From assembly GCA_000934665.2 (NCBI GenBank), contig KZ538094.1:1-64000 (forward strand): 64,000 nucleotides of DNA, written 5' to 3'. This stretch comes from Catajapyx aquilonaris (taxonomy: Eukaryota). The notes below the pieces were generated by a model, which saw nothing but the letters and a program-made list of their open reading frames with translations, did no database searches and was not told where the DNA came from. Below are positions 26,372 through 37,500 of the stretch, piece after piece (within the stretch, counting starts at the first letter, position 1; the number at the start of each line of letters is the position of its first letter). The position numbers were made by a program, and so were the translations under genes.

Positions 26372-26661
26372 GGACCGAAGCAGTAGTGGTGGAGTGGATA
26401 AGGTGTCCGAATGCTAATCGGGAGGTCCTGGGTTCGAATCCCGGAGGCCGGCGACCCTGACCATGGTTTTCTGTGGTTTCCCATGGTCCTCGCAGGATAA
26501 TTCCGGGGTCGTTACCGTAATCATAGGCCACAGCCGCTTCCTTCCTTCCCTATCCCTGCTTCATTCCGATGAAAAAGTAGTAAAATGAAAAGAGTTCCAG
26601 ACAAAAAATTGGGAGAAATCCCCCCCTAGAAAAGCCCGGTAGGCTGATAATGGGGTATCAA

Positions 26662-26715
<54 letters not shown>
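26372..26715 (+). mobile_element. tRNA-derived SINE with an (ATT)n tail
   Basis: A box TGGTGGAGTGG, B box GGTTCGAATCC, GGTTTTCTGTGGTTTCCC core, (ATT)n tail. Confidence 0.85.
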
Positions 26716-26955
26716 GTTATTTATTTTTTATTTTTTTTAGTTTACCCCATGATAGGCCAGTGGCCTCTTAGGGGGGAAGGGGGTGGTTCCCTAGGGAGGG
26801 CGCTGCAATTTTTGCGTCATTTCTGACTTCCGAAAAACACCAGGCCTTTTCTCCTGGCCCCGGGCAGATAGGGAGTGCAATTCTGCCCCGGCATGTCGGG
26901 TGAAAAGCGGAAAAAGACCCGGCCAAGCAGAGGTGACGGGGACGGGATTTGAACC
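26716..26955 (-). mobile_element. 5'-truncated tRNA-derived SINE inserted in the (TTA)n tail of the previous SINE
   Basis: Minus strand starts at B box GGTTCAAATCCC and ends CCCCCCTAAGAGGC..ATGGGGTAA plus an A-rich tail; (TTA)n lies on both sides. Confidence 0.7.
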
Positions 26956-27044
26956 TTATTATTATTATTATATATGTATGTAGGTTGATTCAGAAGTCAT
27001 TGCACTAATTTTTTACTTGTAAAGCAGTAATGTATACAGAGCTG

Positions 27045-27372
27045 GGGAGGCGGAGTGGCACTGCGGTAACGTACGCGCCCACAGATGTTAAGGTCCCGGG
27101 TTCGATCCCAGCCCGGGGACACCCCCTTCATCTCGTGCAGAGTTTAGGTCGTCTCTGGCTTCGTCTCAGGTGGAATCTCCAATAGACATATCCACCCGGG
27201 GGAGTTCACAAAATGTACCTATATCAGTCCGCGCACTGCACTTTGCACATCCCCTCCTGTCATCCTCCCCGTGGGCCTGGGCGCTTCAATGAATAGGCAC
27301 CAGCTGTACCAATATCAAAATAAAGGTTCCGTGTGATATACCCCCATTTGGGGGTGAAAGCACTACCCCAGG

Positions 27373-27441
<69 letters not shown>

Positions 27442-27443
27442 AA
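27045..27443 (+). mobile_element. Full-length tRNA-derived SINE (family B)
   Basis: B box GGTTCGATCCC, (ATT)n tail, perfect 17-bp TSD TAATGTATACAGAGCTG. Confidence 0.92.
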
Positions 27444-27739
27444 TAATGTATACAGAGCTGACCTTTACGATCATGACCCCCTCCCGCCACCACTGCCCTA
27501 AGATGGCCTGAGCCTGACCGGCTTGGAGTGGCAAAGTTTGCCCTGGTTATTCTCAGCTATGGTGCCATTGCCATCCATGAGCAGTTGGTGAAAGCTGTAG
27601 GGTCATTGGCTCTCGACCACTGCCAGCAGTCCAACACTGGGCCATAGCTTCTTTCAGCAGAGGGTGAAAGGAAAGACTCTTCGACCACTCCATGTCTAGT
27701 AGACCTCCACAGCACCATTCCACATCAATGTTGCATGCA

Positions 27740-29080
27740 TTTGAATGAGAATAAGGGCTGACCTAACCTTCAGGTCCTACAGCCGAAATTCCCTGCTGTT
27801 TATTTCAACTAAAATAAATACAACAGGGCAACAAATACTCCAGACATTGCTTCCAGTCACCAATACCAGCCAGTCCATCCAGGAAAAGGCAGGAGTCCAT
27901 GGGCAGCACCGGTCCAGGAACGTACCACCCCACTCCATCAAGCCACCAGCTACAGCTCCGTTCTCTCCTTCTCTTTCCACTGCAGCAACTCGACAGGTCA
28001 CTTGCAGCTCAGCTCCGCCATGAGTTCTCCTCTTTCAGGTTGGCCTCGACCCGTAAACAAAATTCATTGAAAGCACTGAGCAACTGTGACACCAGCGCAC
28101 TCTTAGCCAACCCAGGCCTGCAGAAACCGCCGACCTCTTCACTTCCCCCCTGGCCTGCATTGTCTTCGGCATGGTGCAAGTCCAGAGGACGTATGCTGCA
28201 TCCTGAGGTCCCTCACCACATGGGCAAAGTTCTCCCCAAACCTGTTCTTCTAACAGGAGTTTGAACTGGGCTAGGTAGGCCCTGTACAGGCCATGGCGAG
28301 AAACAAGGTGGGCGATGTGGCCGTGGAGATGTCTAAATGTCGAGAAGTCACGGAAGAAGCCCTCCAGAGCCATCTAAGCCTCCTGCCAGCCAGTCAAGGT
28401 GTCTCTCCAGATCCGACTGCACAGTTCCCGCCATTTCAGGGAGAAAGTGTCTCCTGGTGGCAATCTCCGTGACCCACCTAGCTTCCCTGTCTGCAATCTC
28501 GTTGCCTCACGTGCCTGAGTGGCCCGTCATCCAGCAGAGGCGAACCTCCGCCTGGGAACTCCTGAGCATGTCTCGAGCCGTAAGTGCCAAGGGCCATGTA
28601 CTTCCAGGGTTGGAAATGGCTTGAAGGGCCGACAGGAAGTTGGACACCACTAGCACCGGTTCAGTGGTGTCTGGGGCCAGTTCTTCCACCAATATATTCT
28701 AAGGTCCTCACGATGGTTGCCAGTTCTACTTGAAAGATGTCCAGGGAGATGAAGTGGCGCCGCGGTAACGCGCGCGCCCACGGATATTAAGGTCCCGGGT
28801 TCAATCCCCACCCGGGGTTCCCACCTTTATCCGTGCAGAGTTGGGCCATCTCTGGCTTCATTTCGGGTGGCAATTTCCGACAGACTAAGCCACCCGGGGG
28901 AGTTCACAAAATGACCAAGCAACGACATTGCACTTGCACTTTGCACATCCCCTCCTATTCATTCCCCTTTCGCTCGCGGTACCCGGGCGTTACGGAAAAG
29001 GACCACTTGTAAAAGCTTGTACATCTTAAGCAAATAAAGGTACCGTGCCAGATGCCCAATTAGGGCGGTGCACTAACCCG

Positions 29081-29113
<33 letters not shown>

Positions 29114-30843
29114 CTTGAAAGATGTCCACTCCAACCACGTAGGGGATGTGCTCCAAGAAAGAAATGTTCCCAGCCTCATTCCAGCTCCCCACGGCTCCTC
29201 CGGCTCTCCCATCTCTAGCGACCGAGCCATCCGTAAAGATCGTCGAGCCACTCCTTGTCGGCTGCTCATCCCAATTGAAGATGTCTAATCGGCTTCCAAC
29301 CCAAGGAGGAGATCTGGCGCAATATCGCTGTGACTGACCCATACTGACCTGTTCAGAGTAGGTCTTCCAGGCCTCCCATTTGTATCTCGCTAGCCGCTCT
29401 GGAGGAGCCACCCTGCTCAACACGTAGAGTAACTCGTTAGGGGATGTACAATATGATCTGGTAACTGCTAGCAGGAATGCCGAATGCAGGCGGGTCTTGA
29501 TACGTTGATTGTCTGAACGGGCATCCCAGATTTCCACCCCAAAGAGAAGCATACGAAGGATGGCACTTACAACAATTGTCCTCCTGCTGCAAGGAGAAAG
29601 GCCCCATCTCTGGCCAGCCACCCTCCAAAGTCTCACGGTGACAGCTCTCACTGGCTGAAGCCCTCTTCACATGCGGCAAACAGGTAGATCCCCACGACCA
29701 GTATCTCGTCCTACTGTGGAATACATGCCCCTTGAAGTCTCAACACGGACTTGCTATTGAAGTGATGATGTGGAAGGAACATCCCTTCAGTTTTCTTCAG
29801 GTTGTATGACATGCCAGTTACTCGAGACCATGTGATCAGATGGGCTTCCAAATTGTGCCAAGTCCTGTCAATGGAGGGGCTGCAAATTAAGATACACTGG
29901 TCATCTGCGTAGCCCTGCAGTAATGTGTCTTAGTTGGACCTTTCACGGACGGCCTGGAACCATGGATCCATCACCACGTTCCACAACGTGGGCCCTCGGC
30001 TAGTCCCTTGGGGGCGCCCCCTAGACATGGTGAATGTACCAGTGTCGGTGACCACTTTTCTGGGGCACAAAAATCCATCTATCATGTGCAACAGCCCTTC
30101 TAGACAGCCCAGGGAAATCAGGTTGCAGATTATTCGCTCGTGGGGTATGCTGCTGAACGCATTGGAAATGTCCAAGGTAACCAGGGCACAATGGTTGCCC
30201 TCGCTCCAGGCTCTCCTCACTCTATCCACCAAATTCCCGACAGCATCCCTGCTGATGCCTAAAGCTGTACTGATGCACATCCAAAAGTTGACCCATCTCG
30301 AGCCAGTAGTTCAGGCGACGATTTAGGATCCGGTCTCAAACTCTACCCAGTGCAGGTGTTAGGCATATTGGTCGAACTGCCTCAGACTGATCCTTTGGAA
30401 TCCACACTACTCTGGCTTCCTTCCAGGCCGGTGGGAAGATAGCGTGATGGTAGAGGGACTGCAAGAGCTGCAGCCAGAAGCCTCCAACTGCACTGAGGAT
30501 GTTTTGAAGACAGGCCAAGGGAAGATTTTCGGGTCCCGGGGCCTTGGCAGGGTTCATGGCTCAAACCACCTCCTCCAGTTCCCCCATTATGAGGGGATGG
30601 TCAGTGCAGGCCAGGCTCTTCGGAGGAAGCACTCTGGAACTCCAGGTACCATCTGAATAAGGCGTTGATCCCAGGTACAGCACTTCCATCCTAACGTTGA
30701 CCCCCCCCCCCCCTCCCCCTGTGAGTCCTCTCGAGTTCTCAATGCTCTGTCCGGCCCCACCTCTGAGAATCCTGTACAGCAGTGAGAAGGAGTTGACATC
30801 AGAGTGCTGCTCGCAGAACTTCCTCCAGCTCTCCCTCTTGCTA
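27740..30843 (-). mobile_element. 5'-truncated, degenerate R1-clade-like LINE (RT, RNase H, C-terminal Cys motif)
   Basis: KAPGPE, RPICL, LDISNAFSSI, GRPQGTSRGPTLWN, YADD, IFTDGS, LCWMTGH..GNEIAD and CPCG..YVLWTC; many stops and frameshifts; 7-bp TSD GCATGCA (27733-27739 / 30844-30850). Confidence 0.88.
28744..29111 (+). mobile_element. tRNA-derived SINE (family B) inserted in the LINE RNase H region
   Basis: Similar to 27045-27443; perfect 17-bp TSD TACTTGAAAGATGTCCA; (ATT)n tail. Confidence 0.92.
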
Positions 30844-30867
30844 GCATGCAGGAAACTCAAGGATGTA

Positions 30868-31107
30868 CTATATCGCTCAAAAAATGGAGACCATTGTGCA
30901 TTTGGTTTCAATGCAAAATCGTCTCCATCTTTTTGAGCAATATAGTACAGTGCTGGACATAATCGAGGCAACTGCCAGTGACATTTTTCCTAAGCGGCAG
31001 AAGAAGGAATCACAGATAAGCATACTTCAAGCCGGGCGAGCAAGATTCCTTTTTCTGCTGCTTCGGAAAATGTTGCTGGCAGTTGCCTCGATTTATGTCC
31101 AGCACTG
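30868..31107. mobile_element. Two adjacent Tc1-type mini-MITEs (30868-30945 and 30948-31107) sharing one TA
   Basis: TA|CTATATCGCTCAAAAA..TTTTTGAGCAATATAG|TA|CAGTGCTGGACATAA..TTATGTCCAGCACTG|TA; removing both restores similarity to the other mariner arm. Confidence 0.85.
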
Positions 31108-33321
31108 TACAACAGGGGAACTTGTTTCCAAGGTGGGACAAGTGAAAGTACTATGATGCTTAGGATTCTGTAAGACAAGGGACTCACGAAGTTGGCATCA
31201 AAATTCACCAGCTCTCTGAGGTGCAAAAGTGGCACCACTTCACTGCCCTCACCTAGAGAGAGAAACATTGGGAAACCTATCGTAGTGAGGGTGATGGTTT
31301 CCTTAAACAGATTGTGGCGATGGATAAGTCATGGCTCCAGTCATAGTGCTCTCACTTGTCCCACACTCGAAAGCAAGCTCCCATGTTGTCCATCATAGTT
31401 TCCTGCATGCAACGTTCAACGGCCCCAGTGATGGAATTATGCTGCGGAGGTCTGCCAGATCTGGAGTCATCGAAGAGTCTTTCCTCTCACCCTCTGCTGA
31501 AAGAAGCTTTGGCCCAGTGTTGGACAGTGTGCAATGGTAGAGTGGCAATGACACCTGTAGGCTGCAGCTCTCACCAACTGCTCATGGATAGCAACAGCAG
31601 GGCCATAGCCAAGAATAACCTGGACTTTGATGAACAAATGCTGTCACTCCAAGCACGTCAGGCTCGGGCCATCTTACGAGTGATGGTGGCTGTAGGAGGT
31701 CATCATCTTCTTTTGTTTACTTACCCCCTTGTGATCTGTGATCCATCTATAGTATACCAGACCAAATTGTAATCACTGGATTAGAAACTTAGTACAAGTC
31801 ATCTCTGTATAATTATGCTATTACTTTCGAATATAAAAATATGCGCAATGTCTTATGAATCAACCCATGTATAAACTCGGCTCGCAATTAACTACTAAGA
31901 GCTCATAGCTCTGACTTGGTCAATTGTAAGCTGCGTTTATTAGGCCTATACATTTGTGTGAAGCCATGAACAGAAAGTATTCACTGCCTTTCCTTTCCCC
32001 CCTCTCTCTCCCTGGCCCCCTGAAGTTAGCAACTTCCACTAACCCATGTGTAGTATTGGTAAACAACCAGCTGCAACCAGTGTACGCCATCAGTGAACGT
32101 TAATAACCCCTCGACGTTACTCTCTGTCCAACCTTCTTACAACCAAATAGCCTTAGTAGCTTTGGCTTCGTATCACTCCATTAACCACCCTCGCCCAAAA
32201 TGAATGACAATGTTTCCTTCATCTGTACACGTGCAGTCAACACTGCTCTCACCCTGTACCCTGTATGCTGATGAATGGGGGGAAAAAAAGTACCTGGTGA
32301 CGCCCAAAGCGGCACCCAAAGCTTTCCCGTCACACTCTCTCGCTCACATCAACCCGTAGCCGGTACACCTCTCTGTCAGTGTCCACAACGCACTGGTGTC
32401 ACCACAAAACCGCACAATAATTAGACCAAAACAGTGCAAGTCCACACTGGATTAACGTATACTTGGTTGGTGCTTCGCACGATCCACGGCACGATGGCGT
32501 GACGAGACCCACATCACGTAGCAGCTACTCTGCACAGCTGATAATAATTATTGTTCAAAAATAATAGCTTACTACTACAATAGCAGCGATTTTAATAGCA
32601 GTTCAAGGCAAAGTTCAGGGCACGGTTCACGGTGTTCACTGGCTCGTAAGGCCGAGTTTTGGAGCAAATTAGATACTTACTACCGTGGGTAAGTCCACAG
32701 ACGGGCTTCTTCCTCTCGCTACGACCGATTCTCGTGAGCTTGGGAACATAATTTGATATGTATAACCGCTACTTGCAATAGCTACTCCAATCGCGAGGGA
32801 GATCAGCATGCCGTGCTTTGATTATTGGATGGTGCTGCCGTTGTGTGAGAAGTGGCTTCTGTCAGAACTTGGAAAAAGGCGCGAGGTCTGGGGCATGTGA
32901 AGAATGAAAATCAATAAGCGCCGCATTTAATGATGGCCCAATCATTGATGGCAATCGGACTTGCTTATACCGGTAATCTAAAATCTTTGTCCAATTGGGA
33001 ATGGCCAATTAGAATAATTGGCATCAAGCGCTAATGGCAGAACTCATTTTGTTCAAATCCCTCTTGTAGTAGATGTAAAAAGTGATGCGTCTATGCAACT
33101 AATATTAGCAGCCAATGTTTTTGATAACCAATAAAAATCTAAATTTCCCAACCCTAAATAAGGATTATAAGTAGCACTACAAAATAGAGCCCGACCATTG
33201 TTTCAGTTCATTACAAAAAGCTGTTGTTTACGACAACGAATTTATGCTAGCTGCTGCTTATGACGGTGACTTGTTAATGCCAATTTAAAAATAAATAATA
33301 ATAAAATATGTTGCCACTTAC

Positions 33322-33410
33322 CCGTTTGTTCCCATCCATGTACGTAGAGTCAGATGATGCTTATCGTTTGGGTATTCTTAGACACCATTTTTTTCATTGT
33401 CGGAAGTCGG
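33322..33410 (-). promoter_or_regulatory. Probable promoter and first (mostly non-coding) exon of the DHX35/CPES transcription unit
   Basis: Donor CGG|GTAAGT at 33321, YY1-like AAAATGG (33385-33391) and ETS-like CGGAAGT (33401-33407), inside the CpG-rich zone. The DHX35 ATG exon has an acceptor and so needs an upstream exon. An alternative donor lies at 32680. Confidence 0.5.
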
Positions 33411-34355
33411 GCAATAGGCTACTGAATAGCTCCTGAATAATATTGTGGTAATATTAGCTTTCATTTTCGGTCAGTCATTTAGTCAAAACTGATGTGAAAA
33501 TCCCCCTTTAATGACTGCTACCAGAAAGAAAAATTTTCACGTTCAAATTCACTGTGATAACACTACTGCATGCGGCACTGTGTAAACCTAAGCTCATTGT
33601 ATAGGCCTATACAGAACATTCACGCAAGGGTGACGTAATCCTTTTGTCTTCTTTCACGAAGTGTATTTTCAGTTCTCCTGTACCCGTTGTATAGTCTTTC
33701 TTTTATTCATGATTACATCACTTGACTTCCTAACGCGAAATAGTCGTCTACATTGCAGCCACGATGCGACAGCACGATGTCGTCAAGCCAGGACAACGTC
33801 GTGCATAGGCTAATGTAAGCTGTTTCTCGTGGGAAAACGTGCTCCATTTGTAGAGAATGTCATCATGTCGTATAATGAGGACTTCGTCTACCAATACGTT
33901 TTACAGTCGTAAGTGCGTCTCACCAGGTAAGCCACTCCGCTTTGAAGACCTGCGGTTACTGATGATTACATTAAGATATTTTCCATAAGGAAATATTGCA
34001 AAATTATATAATTACATGACATAATGTACACCTGATTACGTGAGTGGTCCAATTTTGACAATAACTGCACATTACCATATCGACTTGTGGTCCATAAAGT
34101 GAAGCAACTCTATACGTGACAAAAGCATGATTCTCAATCCAAAGGCCATTCTCCAAATTGAGAATGGTGAGTGCCTCCGGCCTACTCATTCCCGCCTGTA
34201 ATGATCTACCTTGCATGTACGTAACAAATGGCGCGCATTTGCAGCCGGCAGCCCGCACGTACCCTACCGTATAATCATAATACGTGGAAACTGCCTTCAG
34301 GGAAGCATTTGGGTCTCTCTCCCTTTGGTGGGATCCTGTGTCCAAAGCAAAAGTG

Positions 34356-34510
34356 CACGTGCATCGGATGTACCAGCGCCGTCCAGACACGAGACCCTTC
34401 GCTCTTCCCAGGGTGCTATGGGTTTCTCCATTGTGTGACACGTGACGACGCCGCTGACGTCAGCTGTTCCACGTGGCCATGGGCCTGGGAACCGAACCGG
34501 GGCGCACGTG
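34356..34510. promoter_or_regulatory. E-box cluster (four CACGTG) with a CRE
   Basis: CACGTG at 34356, 34439, 34470 and 34505; TGACGTCA at 34455; CAGCTG at 34461; CACGAG at 34388. Confidence 0.6.
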
Positions 34511-37500
34511 CCAGGAGACTCCCCGGATACCCATCCACTGAAGGGTTTGACTGCACTTTGTCAATGATTGCACTCGGGGTTCTCCAGCTCGGATGGCTAT
34601 TTGCCTTTCTCATTTCGTATCGGGGGCAATCGAGTTGAAATTTTTACAGCTGTCATCACGATGCCGGGATGGCATGAATCTACCTGTTGGTTAATGAATC
34701 GATCGTGGGCTGACCGTGGGAAGATCACGGACTTGAATGCTTGATGTGACGGGGGTTGGCGCACTTGCGAAATCATGGGATAGTCCGATAGGTTACGTCG
34801 GGGTTGTATGGAGACCTCGGGCTCCTGAGGGGTAATGACTGCATGTTGTTACGTTGAGGGACAGCCGTCACCATTATTTGCAATCATGATGTTATGCAAT
34901 TAGCTGTAATCAGCATCTACTTAAATATTGTAGGCTACATAGTGGTTCAGATAATGCTGTCACACTGCAGATTGAACAATATTGATAATGAAACTAGTTT
35001 AAAATACTTCAGTCACGCAACAATGGTCCTAACGCAAGTTTTAAATGATTATCAAATTAATGGGTGTAAAGGTAAAGAATGTTATCTCCAGAATATTTAA
35101 TGGTATTTTGACTACTCCTATCTTCTGAACGAGCTCTATCTAATGCTGCAGTTGACGTTATGCAACAAAATATGTTCTCCTGATTTACATGTATCATAAT
35201 GCTGCCTGTTTTCCCATGATACACGCTGGTGCACGCTGTTTATCTGCTTTTTTTCTCGATTTGCTCAACGCTATCTCAACTGGATATAAAAATAACTAAG
35301 TTCTTCAAATGTTGTGCTATACATATCTGAAAAGATACAATATTTTGCCCCTGTCCCTTTGCTTAATATGCATAATACCATGTGCATATTAACTTGGCAT
35401 AATTGATAACAAGTCATGGAGATTCACTGCAGCCCACACGTCTGGCAAGAGATGATTCAAATCTTGGCTCACATTTGAAATACAAAACCTACGTTTATTA
35501 TGGTAAAAGGGAGGCTTGTATAATTATGTTGGACAGCCTGGCAAGAACTGTTGAGGACTGAGGACTGGCAAGTCGTAAAAGCCCTGCACAAGGAGTCTTC
35601 ACATGATGGAAATGACTAACACACCCCATGTAAAATAACCTGACCACTTCGCCCAACTCGATGTTTTGCACATTTGGAAGGCCAGCTTTTGGCATACTTG
35701 CGGTCATGTCGATGCCTTTGTATAATGGTGTTGGCAAACCCCAAAAAGATGCTGAGGTGCAGTCAAGGCATCTCCTGGACTTCGGATACGGCAACCTGCT
35801 GAGAAGAAATTGGCTCCCCGGAGGGGCAGAGGGGGGAAGAAAGGTCACCCCAAGAACCCACTTGGAATGTTCTGTCGACCCCAGCATCACTGGCCATTTC
35901 TCGGAAGACAGCCTGCCCACTGCTTTTCAACACAAAACATGCCCCAACCACTTGTTCCAAATTCTCTACATATACTAGCAAAATGGCTCGCAAACAAAGG
36001 TAAACAAAAGTGAGTCTGCTTATCTCAAGAAGCTATTGCGTGATTCTGTGTGAGTTGGAGAGGTCATCTGGGCACCTCCCGCCGGTTGCCAGGTCCCGGA
36101 AAGTTTGAAAGGCGGGGCGACAGCCCACACCATTAATCAGTCAAAGTAATGAAGGCTCGGAACCGAAAAATGGCAAGCTCAGCAGGGCACTATACAGGGG
36201 TGCTCAATGGGAGGGCTAGGACGCAATTTTAGGCACCGCCAACGTTGATCGTTCTCTCTTTTTTTCCGAAAGCAAAAAAGTTCTTATGGGGTTTCAAAGA
36301 CACCGGTTAAATAAATAAATTTGATTTTTGTTTACTACTGATGTTTCTTGCCTCTTGAGATATTAAGTGTCGAACTGGGCAAGACTTGTGATCGACGGTA
36401 AGTTATTCGCATATGATGAATCACATACTATTAATTATATGTATTATTACAGCTTCTTACAAAAAATCGCTGCCCATTTGGCGTCACCTGATATTCATTA
36501 TTTCCGTCTTTAAAAAAACAGCTTAATTCCTTGCAATTAGTTGCTTTCCTCCTGCTGTGGACATGATCGATACGATTCCGAGCAACCTTTTGTTTCATCC
36601 CCAAAGCAATGTTTCTGTTTCTCTTCTGGAACATTGTTGGCAACAACGTCAGACCTCCCCGAGATCGTGGTCTGTGGGTCGAAGCGAGGGGTGAGGGGCA
36701 GACCACTAAATCAGAACCAGCAGGCAAGGAAATCGAAGCTGTGGGGGTTTTCAGGAAGGGACATTCCTTTCCAGTTTGGGTGTCGGCGACAGCTAACGAA
36801 TACCAGCAATTATGGTGCCAAAGTGACACGCTCCTCTCTGGAAACACTCCATTGCGGACTGACACATGTTGGGCAGCACCAACTTTTGGTCCCCATTGTT
36901 TGTCGCCTTCCACCCCACATTAAGGGGAAATTGGTATGTGAGTGGGTGTGCCAAAATGTTCTTTTGTGGAGGAGGAGGGTCTGAGAGCAAAAGATCATCA
37001 CCGTCATCCCCGTCTGACCATATGGACTTGGTTCTGTTTCCCTTCCTGCGACTTCTTTTTTTTATACGCTGCTCTTATTCATGAGTCCCATTATTATGTA
37101 ATGGCACAAATTGGCGCCTTTTTTGCCCTCACCCTTTTGTCTCCTGACACTTGGAAAGCGAGGAAGAAAAGCTTGCAGAGGCGAAATAAACGCGAAGAAA
37201 GGGGAGACCGCGAACTGGGCTGACATCACACATGTTCCTAATGAAGAAATAACGAAAACGAATGGGAAATGATGAACGTGCCATCACTTGCACTCTTGGC
37301 AGACCCAAGTGGAGCCATAAATCGTCTTTCCACCCACGACCCAACATGGCCCTCACTGTTTCCTAACAGGCACGTTCTTTTTCTACTCAAGGATTTTACC
37401 TAGTTTGTGGCAAACAAGGGCTTCACGTGATGTGATGTGTTGAAAGGGTATGTGCATATATGAGGACCTGAATTGTGCAATGCTCTGTCACATTTGGCTC

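Larger units (their letters stand above)
26979..31869. mobile_element. Foldback mariner derivative hosting several later insertions
   Basis: TA flanks; ends GGTTGATTCA(G/T)AAG / CTTATGAATCAACC; 27495-27740 is the reverse complement of ~31400-31680 (VQHWAK..DDSRSGRP, mariner N-terminal region); FLKQIVAMDKSW at ~31300. Confidence 0.8.

Noticed and set aside
16565..28830. tRNA-like A/B-box sequences at 16565, 26372, 27045 and 28744 as tRNA genes
   Set aside because: They continue into SINE bodies with microsatellite tails, two have clear TSDs, and I see no intact cloverleaf or poly-T terminator.
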